Shown here piece after piece: positions 50,996 to 63,112 of a stretch of DNA of 64,000 nucleotides. The notes beneath the pieces are model-generated. The model saw nothing but the letters and a program-made list of their open reading frames with translations. It had not been told where the DNA came from and made no database searches. The position numbers and the translations under genes are program-made. This stretch comes from Paraspadella gotoi (taxonomy: Eukaryota; Animalia; Chaetognatha): positions 1 through 64,000 of the forward strand of contig JBJCIZ010001661.1 of the NCBI GenBank assembly GCA_051294375.1, given 5' to 3'. Position 1 is the first letter of the stretch; every line of letters starts with the position of its first letter.

Positions 50996-53900
50996 TTGTG
51001 ACACAGAATAGCGCCTACGGACCAAGAGATTCTCTAAGAGATCTGTGACACCCAGTGGCGCCCCACACCGTGTCACAAATAATATTTTTGTTTCTTAATC
51101 CCCATATTTAACCCCGGCACTTAAACCCCAGCCTTCCCCATATTTTCTTTAGATACAAAGACAATTTTTTCTCTTTGTGACACAGTGTGGGCGCCCACTG
51201 GACCAAGAGATTCTCTAAGGGATCTGTGACACCCAGTGGCGCCCCACCGTGTCACAAATAATATTTTTTTGTTTCTTAATCCCCATATTTAACCCCGCAC
51301 TTAAAAGCCCAGCCTTCCCCATATTTTTTCTTTAGATACAAAGACAATTTTTCTTCTTTGTGACACAGTGTGGCGCCCACTGACCAAGAGATTCTCTAAA
51401 GGGATCTGTGACACCCAGTGGCGCCCACACCGTGTCACAAATAATATTTTTTTGTTTCTTAATCCCCATATTTAACCCCCGCACTTAAAAGCCCAGCCTT
51501 CCCCATATTTTTCTTTAGATACAAAGACAATTTTTCTTCTTTGAACACAGTGTGGCGCCCACTGACCAAGAGATTCTCTAAGGGATCTGTGACACCCAGT
51601 GGCGCCCCACACCGTGTCACAAATAATATTTTTTTGTTTCTTAATCCCCATATTTAACCCCCGCACTTAAAAGCCCCAGCCTTCCCCATTTTTCTTTAGA
51701 TACAAAGACAATTTTTTCTTCTTTGTGACACAGTGTGGCGCCCACTGACCAAGAGATTCTCTAAGGGATCTGTGACACCCAGTGGCGCCCACACCGTGTC
51801 ACAAAATAATATTTTTTTGTTTCTTAATCCCATATTTAACCCCCGCACTTAAAAGCCCCAGCCTTCCCATATTTTTCTTTAGATACAAAGACAATTTTTC
51901 TTCTTTGTGACACAGTGTGGCGCCCACTGACCAAGAGATTCTCTAAGGGATCTGTGACACCCAGTGGCGCCCACACCGTGTCACAAATAATATTTTTTGT
52001 TTCTTAATCCCCATATTTAACCCCCGCACTTAAAAGCCCCAGCCTTCCCCATATTTTTTCTTTAGATACAAAGACAATTTTTCTTCTTTGTGACACAGTG
52101 GTGGCGCCCCACTGACCAAGAGATTCTCTAAGGGATCTGTGACACCCAGTGGCGCCACACCGTGTCACAAATAATATTTTTTTGTTTCTTAATCCCCATA
52201 TTTAACCCCCGCACTTAAAAGCCCCAGCCTTCCCCATATTTTTCTTTAGATACAAAGACAATTTTTCTTCTTTGTGACACAGTGTGGCGCCCACTGACCA
52301 AGAGATTCTCTAAGGGATCTGTGACACCCAGTGGCGCCCACACCGTGTCACAAATAATATTTTTTTGTTTCTTAATCCCCATATTTAACCCCCGCACTTA
52401 AAAAGCCCCAGCCTTCCCCATATTTTTCTTTAGATACAAAGACAATTTTTCTTCTTTGTGACACAGTGTGGCGCCCACTGACCAAGGAGATTCTCTAAGG
52501 GATCTGTGACACCCAGTGGCGCCCACACCGTGTCACAATAATATTTTTTTTGTTTCTTAATCCCCATATTTAACCCCCGCACTTAAAAGCCCCAGCCTTC
52601 CCCATATTTTTCTTTAGATACAAAGACAATTTTTCTTCTTTGTGACACAGTGTGGCGCCCACTGACCAAGAGATTCTCTAAGGGATCTGTGACACCCAGT
52701 GGCGCCCACACCGTGTCACAAATAATATTTTTTTGTTTCTTAATCCCCATATTTAACCCCCGCACTTAAAAGCCCCAGCCTTCCCCATATTTTTCTTTAG
52801 ATACAAAGACAATTTTTCTTCTTTGTGACACAGTGTGGCGCCCACTGACCAAGAGATTCTCTAAGGGATCTGTGACACCCAGTGGCGCCCACACCGTGTC
52901 ACAAATAATATTTTTTTGTTTCTTAATCCCCATATTTAACCCCCGCACTTAAAAGCCCCAGCCTTCCCCATATTTTTCTTTAGATACAAAGACAATTTCT
53001 TCTCTTGTGACACAGTGTGGCGCCCACTGACCAAGAGATTCTCTAAGGGATCTGTGACACCCAGTGGCGCCCCACACCGTGTCACAAATAATATTTTTTT
53101 GTTTCTTAATCCCCATATTTAACCCCGCACTTAAAAGCCCCAGCCTTCCCCATATTTTTCTTTAGATACAAAGACAATTTTTCTTCTTTGTGACACAGTG
53201 TGGCGCCCACTGACCAAGAGATTCTCTAAGGGATCTGTGACACCCAGTGGCGCCCACACCGTGTCACAAATAATATTTTTTTGTTTCTTAATCCCATATT
53301 TAACCCCCGCACTTAAAAGCCCCAGCCTTCCCCATATTTTTCTTTAGATACAAAGACAATTTTTCTTCTTTGTGACACAGTGTGGCGCCCACTGACCAAG
53401 AGATTCTCTAAGGGATCTGTGACACCCAGTGGCGCCCACACCGTGTCACAAATAATATTTTTTTGTTTCTTAATCCCCATATTTAACCCCCGCACTTAAA
53501 AGCCCCAGCCTTCCCCATATTTTTCTTTAGATACAAAGACAATTTTTCTTCTTTGTGACACAGTGTGGCGCCCACTGACCAAGAGATTCTCTAAGGGATC
53601 TGTGACACCCAGTGGCGCCCACACCGTGTCACAAATAATATTTTTTTGTTTCTTAATCCCCATATTTAACCCCGCACTTAAAAGCCCCAGCCTTCCCATA
53701 TTTTTCTTTAGATACAAAGACAATTTTTCTTCTTTGTGACACAGTGTGGCGCCCATGACCAAGAGATTCTCTAAGGGATCTGTGACACCCAGTGGCGCCA
53801 CACCGTGTCACAAATAATATTTTTTTGTTTCTTAATCCCCATATTTAACCCCCGCACTTAAAAGCCCCAGCCTTCCCCATATTTTTCTTTAGATACAAAG

Positions 53901-54205
53901 ACAATTTTTCTTCTTTGTGACACAGTGTGTGGGCCCACTGACCAAGAGATTCTCTAAGGGATCTGTGACACCCAGTGGCGCCCACACCGTGTCACAAATA
54001 AATATTTTTTTGTTTCTTAATCCCCATATTTAACCCCCGCACTTAAAAGCCCCAGCCTTCCCCATATTTTTCTTTAGATACAAAGACAATTTTTCTTCTT
54101 TGTGACACAGTGTGGCGCCCACTGACCAAGAGATTCTCTAAGGGATCTGTGACACCCAGTGGCGCCCACACCGTGTCACAAATAATATTTTGTTTCTTAA
54201 TCCCC
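50996..54205. repeat. 183-bp tandem satellite, array 2 (~17-18 units)
   Basis: Identical ORFs at 52583 and 52766 give a period of 183; units differ mostly by homopolymer indels. Confidence 0.97.
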
Positions 54206-54320
54206 TTTTTTAACAATAATATTTTTTTGTATCTTCAGTAAAAATGGGGAAGGCTGGGGCTTTTAGTGCGGGGGTTAAAAATGGGGATTAACAAACACAA
54301 AAATATCAATTGTTACACCG

Positions 54321-54430
54321 GATGTGACACGATGTGACACGATGTGACACGATGTGACACTATGTGACATGATGTGACATGATATGACAAGATGTGACAA
54401 GATGTTACATGATGTGACGATATGTGTCAC
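54321..54430. repeat. 10-bp minisatellite (GATGTGACAC)n
   Basis: About 11 units; shorter runs at 57239-57290 and 57523-57600. Confidence 0.92.
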
Positions 54431-54442
54431 TGGGCATTAAGA

Positions 54443-55148
54443 TTTTTAGTCGGATCTGCTTATCAGCAGATCCCGACTCTATAATTCACTTTGTCGGTCC
54501 GTCGGTCCGCCCCCTCAATATTGTCGGGCACACACTTATATCATGTCAGAACATCGAATTATGATTAATTATGCAAAAAAACGATGTCCGTCCGTCCGTC
54601 TGTCTGTCTGTCCGTCCGTCCGTCCTTCACACCTTAGCAAAAAACTCTAATTACTCGTGATTGGATGGATGGATTGGTATGAAATTTTGTGTGTGGGAAG
54701 GAAACTGTGTGATTGAGATGGATATGAAGTTTGGAGGGAATCGTGCGAGTGGAAATTGGATTAAATGGAAAAAACAAAAAAATATATTTCACTATTTGAA
54801 CGCCAATTGCTCATTAGTGGATAGAGCAATTGACTTGAAATTTTGTATGTTGGTAGGAAAGTGTGTGATTGAGCTGGATATAAAGTTTCGATGGAATCAT
54901 GCGAGTGGAAATGAGTTAAAATGGAAAAAACAAAAGTATTTTTACTTAAATTTACTCATAATTATTATTTTCATTAAAAATTGAATAGATAAATGGAAAT
55001 TAAATTTTGTGTGTGGGTAGGAAAGTATGTGATAAAACTGGATATAAATTTTTTGATGGAATCGTAGGAGTGGAAAAGAGTTCAAATTAGAAAACCAAAA
55101 GACACATTTATTTGAATTTTTTAAAGTTTCTCTCTCTCTATCTCTCTC

Positions 55149-55219
<71 letters not shown>

Positions 55220-56754
55220 CCAAATTATGCCAATTGACAAAAATATGCCCGTTGACCAAATTCTTAAAGTTGACCAAATTATGCCAGTTGACCAAATTCT
55301 GCAAGTTGATCAAGTTCTGCAAGTTGACCAAATTATGCCTGTTGACCAAATTATGCCAGTTATCCAAATTAGGCCAGTTGATAAAATTATGCCAGATGAC
55401 CAAATTATGCCGGTTGACCAAATTATCTTAATTGATCAAATTATGTCAGTTGACCAAATTATGTCAGTAGACCAAATTATGTCAGTTAACCAAATTATGT
55501 CAGTTGACCAAATTATGCAAGTTGATTAAATTATGCAAGTTGACCAAGTTAGCTTATTACCACTTAATTATCGATTGACCTGGAATTTTGTATGTGAGTA
55601 GAAAAGTGTGTGATTGAACAGGAAACCAAGTTTCGATGGAATCTTTTCAGTGGAAAGGAGTTTAAATGGAAAAAAAACAAAAAACCTGTTTCACTAATTG
55701 ATAATGATTCTTTTTCCTTTTATATTAAATGTATATGCAGGATGTATTAATAAATCAAATAATTAATCAGTTAATTAATCAATTTGTCAAGTAATTAATC
55801 AATAATTAATTAATCAGTCAATCAATTAAAAGCAAAAAGCTCCAATAACTCGTGATTGGCTGGTTGGATTGGAAAATGAAAATTTTGTGTGTGGGTAGGA
55901 ACAGTGTGTGATAAAGCTGGATATAAAGTTTCGACGGAATGTGTGAGTGGAAATGAGTTTAATGGAAAAAACAATAAGTCGCATTTACTAAAATATTTTT
56001 ATTATTTTAACAATAAGTACTCTAATTAATCATATTGGATGGATAGATTGAGTTCAAATTTTTGTGTGGGTAGAAAAATGTGTAACGATGCTGATATAAA
56101 GTTTCGGTGGAAACGTACGAGTGGAAATGAGTTTAAATGAAAAAAATATGAGTCACATTTACTTGAAATCTTTTTAACTTAGTTAACACCATTAAATAAA
56201 TGAGCATTAAAGGAATCGTTCAATTGCAAAAGAAAGAGAAGAGAAGAGAGAGAGAGTCCGATATAAAAAATTACGAATAAAAAAGTTTTGTTATTTACTC
56301 ACTGAATAAAAATACTTAAAATACTTACAAAATTACATAATTGATAAATTATTATTCCATTAACATGTGTTTAATCACATGCAATAATCTAGTAAGGCGG
56401 GCAAAAATTGAACACTTTTTATAACTTAGTTCTCTAAAAAATTTTTTTCCTTACTACTAAATCAATTTTCAATGTAACTTTTTGAATTAGTTCATTGGGT
56501 TGTTGCACTGAAGCTTTTAAATATTTATTAATATATAATAATTATATAAAGTTTTGACGGAATTGTGCCAGTGGAAATGAGTTTAGATGGAAAAAACATA
56601 TCACATTTACTTGAATCTTTAATATTAATGATTACTAATAAATGTTTTAATTAATTAATTATTAATTAATTAATGTGAAAAAATGATGCAAGTAAAAAAA
56701 AATTTAAAAGCATAAAGATCGTCGCAATTGCATAATAAAGAGAGAGAGAGAAGA

Positions 56755-56787
<33 letters not shown>

Positions 56788-57033
56788 GAGAGAAGAGAAT
56801 GAGAGAGGGAAAGGAGAAAAAATAAAATAGAGGATATTTGTTTGTTTTATAAAAATGTAAACAAAACATATTTAATAACTGTCCTACCCAATTTTAAGGA
56901 CATCGATGATGATAAGTTGAATATAAATTTAAAATAAATTATTACATATTAAAATTAATAATTAATTAATTATCGATTAATTATTAATTAATTAATTATA
57001 TAGGCAGATCCGACATTGTTTGCTCAAACTTGT
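54443..57033 (+). mobile_element. Intact non-autonomous Helentron (DINE-1/HINE-like), copy B
   Basis: TTTTTAGTCGGATCTGCTTATCAGCAGATCCCGACT 5' end and GCAGATCCGACATTGTTTGCTCAAACTTGT 3' end. Collinear with copy A. Inserted in a T tract; an empty-site-like sequence GCATTATGATTTTTTAGTTAGTTAATC is at 57301-57326. Confidence 0.85.
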
Positions 57034-57040
57034 TATTTAG

Positions 57041-57830
57041 TTAATCACCATATTTAACCCACGCACTTAAACATGCCAGCCTCCCGATATTTATTTCTAA
57101 ATAATTTTTTAATATAAAAAAAACACTTCCCTAATGGATTCGAACCCTGGACTACTAGAATCTTTTATTTCAACATGTAATGGCCATCTTGCGGGAAAAA
57201 TTAGAAACCCAAAAATAAGAATTTTTTTTTCTTTTACGATGTGACACGAGGTGACATGATGTGACAAGATGTTACATGATGTGACGATATGTTTCATGGG
57301 GCATTATGATTTTTTAGTTAGTTAATCCCCATATTGAACACCCGCACTTAAACGTGCCAGCCTTCCCGATATTTATTTCTCAATAATTTTTTTAATATAA
57401 AAAAACCCTTCCCTAATGGGAATCGAACCCTGGACTACTAAATCTTTTATTTCAACATGTACTGGCCATCTTTCGGGAGAAATTAGAAACCCAAATATAA
57501 GAAAAAAAATTTTCCCTTTTTGGATGTGACACGATGTGACACGAGGTGACACGATGTGACACGGGGTGACACGATGTGGCTATGTGACTATATGTGTCAC
57601 TGGGCACTGGAATTTTTGAATTGCAATCCCCATATTTAACCCCCGCACTTAAAAGCCCCAGCCTTCCCCATATTTAAATGTTTGTTTTAATGAAAAAAAT
57701 ACTTTTTCCTAACGGGAATCGAACTCGGGACTAGTAGAATCTTTTATTTTGACATGTAATGGCCATCTTGTGGGAGAAATTAGAAATGCAAAAATAAGGA
57801 AGAATTTTTCTGCCTTTTTGGACAGTGAAA
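57041..57830. repeat. Three diverged ~280-300-bp monomers related to the 183-bp satellite, each with a minus-strand B-box-like motif
   Basis: Shared AATCCCCATATTTAACCCCCGCACTTAAAAGCCCCAGCCTTCCCC block. GGATTCGAACC at 57136, GGAATCGAACC at 57419 and GGAATCGAACT at 57715. Confidence 0.8.
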
Positions 57831-57897
57831 AAATACTGGTCTGGAAGGAAAAGGCGGGAAAAAAAAGGAAATTATATTTAATGAAAAAATAAAAAAC

Positions 57898-57919
57898 AAA
57901 TAAATAAATAAATAAATAA

Positions 57920-57950
<31 letters not shown>

Positions 57951-58015
57951 ATAGATAAATAGATAAATAATAAATAAATAATAAATAAATAATAAATAAA
58001 TAAATAAATAAATAA
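57898..58015. repeat. (AAAT)n microsatellite
   Basis: Directly visible. Confidence 0.95.
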
Positions 58016-58264
58016 TTTTTTTTTAATTCGTCGCTTTCTGTTGTCCTCTTTTAAGTCCGTAGTAGAGAGAGTAGAGAGAGAGGGAGAGAGAGAGAAAGAC
58101 AGAGAGACAGAGAGAGAGAGAGAGTCAAGGAGATAATTCCTCTAATTCTCCAAAAACTTTTCCGTTCGCGAAAAAAATTCGTCAAATTTTTTCTTCGTCC
58201 CCGAATTTGTTTTTTTTTTTTGCGACTCAAATATGGAAAAGAAGGAAAAATGATTTTGTGGGCG

Positions 58265-58535
58265 ATGAGTGTGGTTAAGAGGGTCCTGCGTGTTTGACTG
58301 TGGTCGCTGTGATGATGGAGTGTGGTGGCTGTGGTGATTGAGTGTGGTCGCTGTGGTGTTTGACTGTGTCGCTGTGCTGATTGAGTGTGGTGGCTGTGTT
58401 GATTTAGTTTGGTCGCTTTGTGGTGTTTGACTGTGGTCGCTGTGGTGATTGAGTTGGTGGCTGTGGTGATTGAGTGTGGTCGCTGTGGTGTTTAACTGTG
58501 GTCGCTGTGATGATTGAGTTGTTGTGGCTGTGCTG
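58265..58535. repeat. 22-bp GT-rich minisatellite (GATTGAGTGTGGTCGCTGTGGT)
   Basis: About 11 units alternating GATTGAGT and GTTTGACT variants. Confidence 0.9.
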
Positions 58536-59091
58536 GTTGACGTGGAGTGTGGAGTGTTCTATGCAGATTGTAGTGGGTGACTATGGTTGGATAGAACGAC
58601 TTATCCTATCAATTAAATAATATAATGAAATTAGTACAACCAATATAAAAATTATCTATTCATTTAATAAATAAGCTATCTTGCCCCTGACTTTGGACAG
58701 GCTTTGTGGTTTAAGGCCTCCATCACTCTTACAAGATAATGACATAGCAGGTCCCTGCAAGCTTTTAATCAAGACTCTCTCACAGTCTCGTTTGTTTCAC
58801 TCCAGAGTACTGGCTTCCCTATCAATGAAGTGAGTAATTTGACGTCATTAACTTTTTTTTACAATTATTTTTTTTAGCCAAATCCTTTTCCGGATTTTTT
58901 TCCTTTCGTTTTAGACCAAAATTTTTTTTGTTGAGGTCAAAATTCGCAGCTGGAATTTTTTCCTCTTCCTTTTGGACGAAAATGAAAGAAATGTGAAAGA
59001 AATGTGAAAGAAAATTTGAAAGAAAACGGAAAGAATCCGCGAATTTCTTTGTCTTCGTCTCCAATTTTTTTTGGCTTCAAAGAGTGTGGGA

Positions 59092-59345
59092 TGGGAGAGG
59101 GGGAGAGAGGAGAGAGGAAAAGAGAGAGAAGAGGAAGGAGAGAGAGAGAAAGGGGGAGGGAAGAAGGGAGAGAGAGAGAGAGAAAAGAGAGAGACGGGGA
59201 AAGGAGAGAAGGGGGAGAGAGAGAGATGGAGGAGAGAAGAGAGAAAGGAGAGAGAGAGGGAAAGAGAGAGAAGGAGAGAGAGGAAGAGAGAGAGAGAGAG
59301 AGAGAGAGTGAGGGGTAGGAAAGGAAAGATGGATCTAAGAAGAGA
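59092..59345. repeat. Polypurine (GA-rich) tract
   Basis: Almost pure G/A. Confidence 0.9.
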
Positions 59346-59580
59346 ACAAGAAATTAGACAGTCTATTGTGACGCATCGACAATTCCATGAAAAGAAATGA
59401 ATTTCAGAAGTGGGCAAAATTTTTTTATTGTGGATTATTAGCAAAAAAAAAAAAAAGAGAAAACGAAAGAAATTATAATAGAATAAAATCAGCGACATTT
59501 AATGTCAGTGAGAACAAAGTCTTATTCTTTAGTCTTTAGTTCATAATCGATGTGTGATCACTATTTCGGGGACAATTTTA

Positions 59581-59616
<36 letters not shown>
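59581..59616. repeat. (GTC)n microsatellite at the start of a CpG-rich patch
   Basis: Directly visible. Confidence 0.9.
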
Positions 59617-59618
<2 letters not shown>

Positions 59619-60440
59619 CGCCGCTTCAGAACCGTGCCGAATGTCGCCCCCCCCGACCAACGACGTCTGTTTTTAATGTGATTGTTTCGCTGTGAACGAC
59701 GAAAAGAATGACTCGTAGGATCGTAGTGACTCTCACGTCGTCCAATCACGATTCTAAATTCACGTGAAGTCCATTCACCATTTCCGTGCGATTAATGTGA
59801 ATCGAATTCACGCTTTGTTTTGTTTATGTTTTGTTGTTTTATGTTTTGTTTTGTTTTATGTTTTGTTTTGTTTATGTTCGGTTGATCCAAAACAAAATCA
59901 AGTTTTTTTGTCTCAAAAAAGAAGTGATCTATCATGCAATCAAAACATATATTTTGAAATATTATTCCACTTTATTGATGGGGAAGTTTGGTTCTCTCGG
60001 TTTGGATTGAAAGTTTGCAGGGACGTGCAACCTCATCTCGTAAGGGTCACGGATACTATAAGCGACCGTAGCTCGTCCAAAGTCAGGGCAAGATTGCTTA
60101 TTTATTAAATGAATGATAAATTTTGTATCGGTTGTCTCAACTTCATACCTTAATATCAGTAAACTGTTTCGATTGTAAAAAAGGTATATAATATACTTAC
60201 AAGAAATAACTGGCGCGTCCGGTCGAAAGCGAAAAACCCTTTCATTCTTACTTAATTCTCTATTTCATTTCTCTCTTCCGATCCACACAACAAAAGTGTC
60301 GGATCAAAAGTCTCACGATGACGTGGGACATTTCCCGGATGTCCGACTCTCCGTATTTCCGTCTCGCCCCGGATGTGAGGTCCGTCTCTCACCCGGAATT
60401 CCATAATTCGAAGATTTGGAAAGATCGAATGTGAAAATGT

Positions 60441-60442
60441 GA

Positions 60443-60521
<79 letters not shown>

Positions 60522-61005
60522 AGAGAGAAGAGAGAGAAGAGGCGATTGAGTAAACAAAGAAAAGGAAGGAGGAGAAAAAACAAGACCAACAAAGGAAGAA
60601 TCAGGGAGAACAAATAAAGATGAAGAGGTGGAGGGATATGAATTAAAAGAAGGAAAAAAAAAGGAAAGAAAGAGGGGAAAGAAAGAGGGGAAGAAAGAAA
60701 GAGGAAAAGAAAGAGGGAAAAGAAAGAAAGAGGGAAAGATTAAAAGAGGGAAAGAAAGAAAAGAATGAAGGAGGGAAGAAAGAGGGAACGAAAGTAAGAG
60801 GGGAAAAAAGAAAGAGGGAAAGAATGAAAAAGAGAAATAAAGAGGGGAAAGAAAAAAAATAGAGAAGGTAAGAAAGAGGGAAAGAAAGATGGAAGAAAAA
60901 AAGAGGGAAAAAAAGGGGAAAGAAAGAAAAGGGAAAGAAAGAAAGAGGTGGAAAGAAAAATAAATAGGGAAATAAAGAGGAAATAGAATAAGAAGGACAA
61001 AAAGA
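60441..61005. repeat. Polypurine (GA/GGAAA-rich) low-complexity tract
   Basis: Directly visible; source of the F/S/L-rich minus-strand ORFs. Confidence 0.9.
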
Positions 61006-61779
61006 ACAGTGGCTTCGCCCAATACATGTAAATCGCTTTCAAGGGCTTAAACTAAACTGTTTAACATTTTGGTACTTAAATTTTTCTATAAATCCAAAAA
61101 TATTATTTTGCCTTTCTATATATGAATATATGAGTAAAAAGCTTTTGATCAAGACATAGAATAAAAGATAAATAAAATAAATAGAAAAAGAAAAAACATT
61201 TAAAAAAATAAGATAATAACAATTTAAAATAGAATAGGGTGAAAACACAAAAAAAATTAATGGGACTGTTCTTTTGTTTCAGAAAAAAGATGGAACCTCT
61301 GGTAGATGTACTTAAACTAAAAATTGATTGCTATTTTTTTTTCAAAAATGTTCTTATGTTTCTGGAGCCATCTGGTTTATTAAGACTAAAAATAGGCAAA
61401 AATTTTACTATGTTAAAAAGTGAATATAAATGAAATCTAGTGGGTGCAGACAGAAGAACAAATTTCTATAGAAAGTAAAGGGTAAATGATCATTGTTGAG
61501 AAAGTAAAAGACAAATCCTTGTAGGAAAAAAAAGTTAAATAACCGGAAAAAAATAATTTAAAAAAAAAAGAAAAAAAAGGCGATTACAAAAAAGGAAAGA
61601 AAGATAAAAAAAAATACAAACAGGCTAATGGACAGACAGACCGACACTCGGACAGTTAGAAAAAAAGAAGAATAAAGAAAAAATAAAAACACAAAAGTAA
61701 GAATAAAATAAAATAAAGAATAAGAAAAATAGTGAAAAGAAAAAAGGAAAAAAAAGATAAAGAAGGAAAGAGTGTCTCA

Positions 61780-61819
61780 ATCAAGGCGCAACGGTGGGGT
61801 TTCTCCGAGTCAGTGGTAT

Positions 61820-61875
<56 letters not shown>

Positions 61876-61983
61876 CTCTCTTCTCAAAAAATAGCGAGAT
61901 AGAGAGGGAGTGAGAGCTGCCCGGACAACAAAAGGTGTTAGAACAAATAAGTTTATTTTTTACAGAAAGGCTCGCTCTCGCTC

Positions 61984-62019
<36 letters not shown>

Positions 62020-62400
62020 TCTTATTTTTTAAACTCACCTGTTTAAACAACGATCACGCAACTCGACGAAGTGGGCGGAGAAAATCTTCGCTAGGGAACT
62101 TGTCCACGGCTCCGCCGCCGCCGCCGCCGCGCGCCGCCGCCTCTGCCACACCAACGCCCATTTTGTTTGATTTCGTCTTTCGCCGTCACCGCCCCCCTTC
62201 CTCTAGGCGCCCCTCGCTGCGGACGCGACGAAGAATTGCTCTTTGGCCGAAAAACGAAAATAAACAAAGAACAAGAGAAGGACAAAAGGAATGACAAGGA
62301 AGGAAGAACCGCGCCACGCTGGGGTGGAGAATGCGGGGGGGGACACGCCATCTCTCTCTCTCTCTCCTCTCCTCTTCTCTCTCTCTCTCTCATCTCATCT
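61780..62400. promoter_or_regulatory. Possible promoter or 5' UTR island: (CT)n tracts flanking a GC-rich (CCG)n patch
   Basis: Three CT runs, CCGCCGCCGCCGCCGCGCGCCGCC at 62112-62140, GGGCGG box at 62073 and high CpG; compositional evidence only. Confidence 0.35.
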
Positions 62401-63112
62401 GTTTCTTGCCATCTCACCATCTACTTTCCTACTCTACTTGCTTTAATTTTATTCCCAGGGAAATGTCGAGATACTCGTGCTCAGTTTAAACTTTATGAGA
62501 CAAAAATAATCGACATTTTAAACATCAAATGTCACTCATAAACTTCACAGTAAAGAATTAAATGATCCTAGTCTATGTCGTATTTAAGAATTTTAAGAAT
62601 ACGTAAATCGGCTTTATTGACTAGAAAGAGACATAATGTATTTCATATCAAAATGACTAAAACGTTTTGAAGATTAACTTACAAGTTATAGTTTATAAAT
62701 ATAAACAAAGTTTTGAGTTACAGTTACACCAATTTCAGTTATAATTGCGGACCGAAAAATGTAGGATTTAAATGAACACTAATTTTTTTACCTTGACCTT
62801 GACCTAGAGAGAGAGAGAGATGAGAGAGAGAGAATAGAGAGGAGAGAGGAGAGAGAGAGAGAGAGAGAGAGAGAAGGGCTTTATGCAAAAAAAATTTACA
62901 ATCAAGATGTAAACGATTTGAAGTAAACGAACTTTGTTTACGAATTCATTATCAATATATATACCGTGAAATTCAAACTTCTCTTCTTTCACCCCCGATG
63001 CCTCTTTTATTTCTATTGGTTCTCTCGGTTTGGATTTTAAAGTTTGCAGGGACGTTGCAACCTCTATCTCGGATCGTAACTTTCTTTCAAGCGTTTTTCG
63101 GTCGAAGATTCT

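Noticed and set aside
52278-52305. RSS/Transib-like CACAGTG heptamer + 12 bp + ACCAAGAGA, and tRNA-Lys PBS-like TGGCGCCCA, in the 183-bp unit
   Set aside because: The nonamer matches only 5 of 9 positions, the flanks are inverted rather than a 5-bp TSD, the PBS match is only 9 nt and there is no LTR.
52294-52316. Hammerhead-like CTGACCA-AGAGATTCTCT in the 183-bp unit
   Set aside because: It lacks G8 of CUGANGA and the GAAA motif.
44248-54205. CRISPR array or repeated 60-aa gene (MRGLNMGIKK...)
   Set aside because: The spacers between hairpins are identical, there are no cas genes and the context is eukaryotic. The ORF has a non-ATG start and is frameshifted in many units.
57130-57730. Functional tRNA genes
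   Set aside because: Only the T-loop/B-box word is present; no acceptor or anticodon stems could be built.
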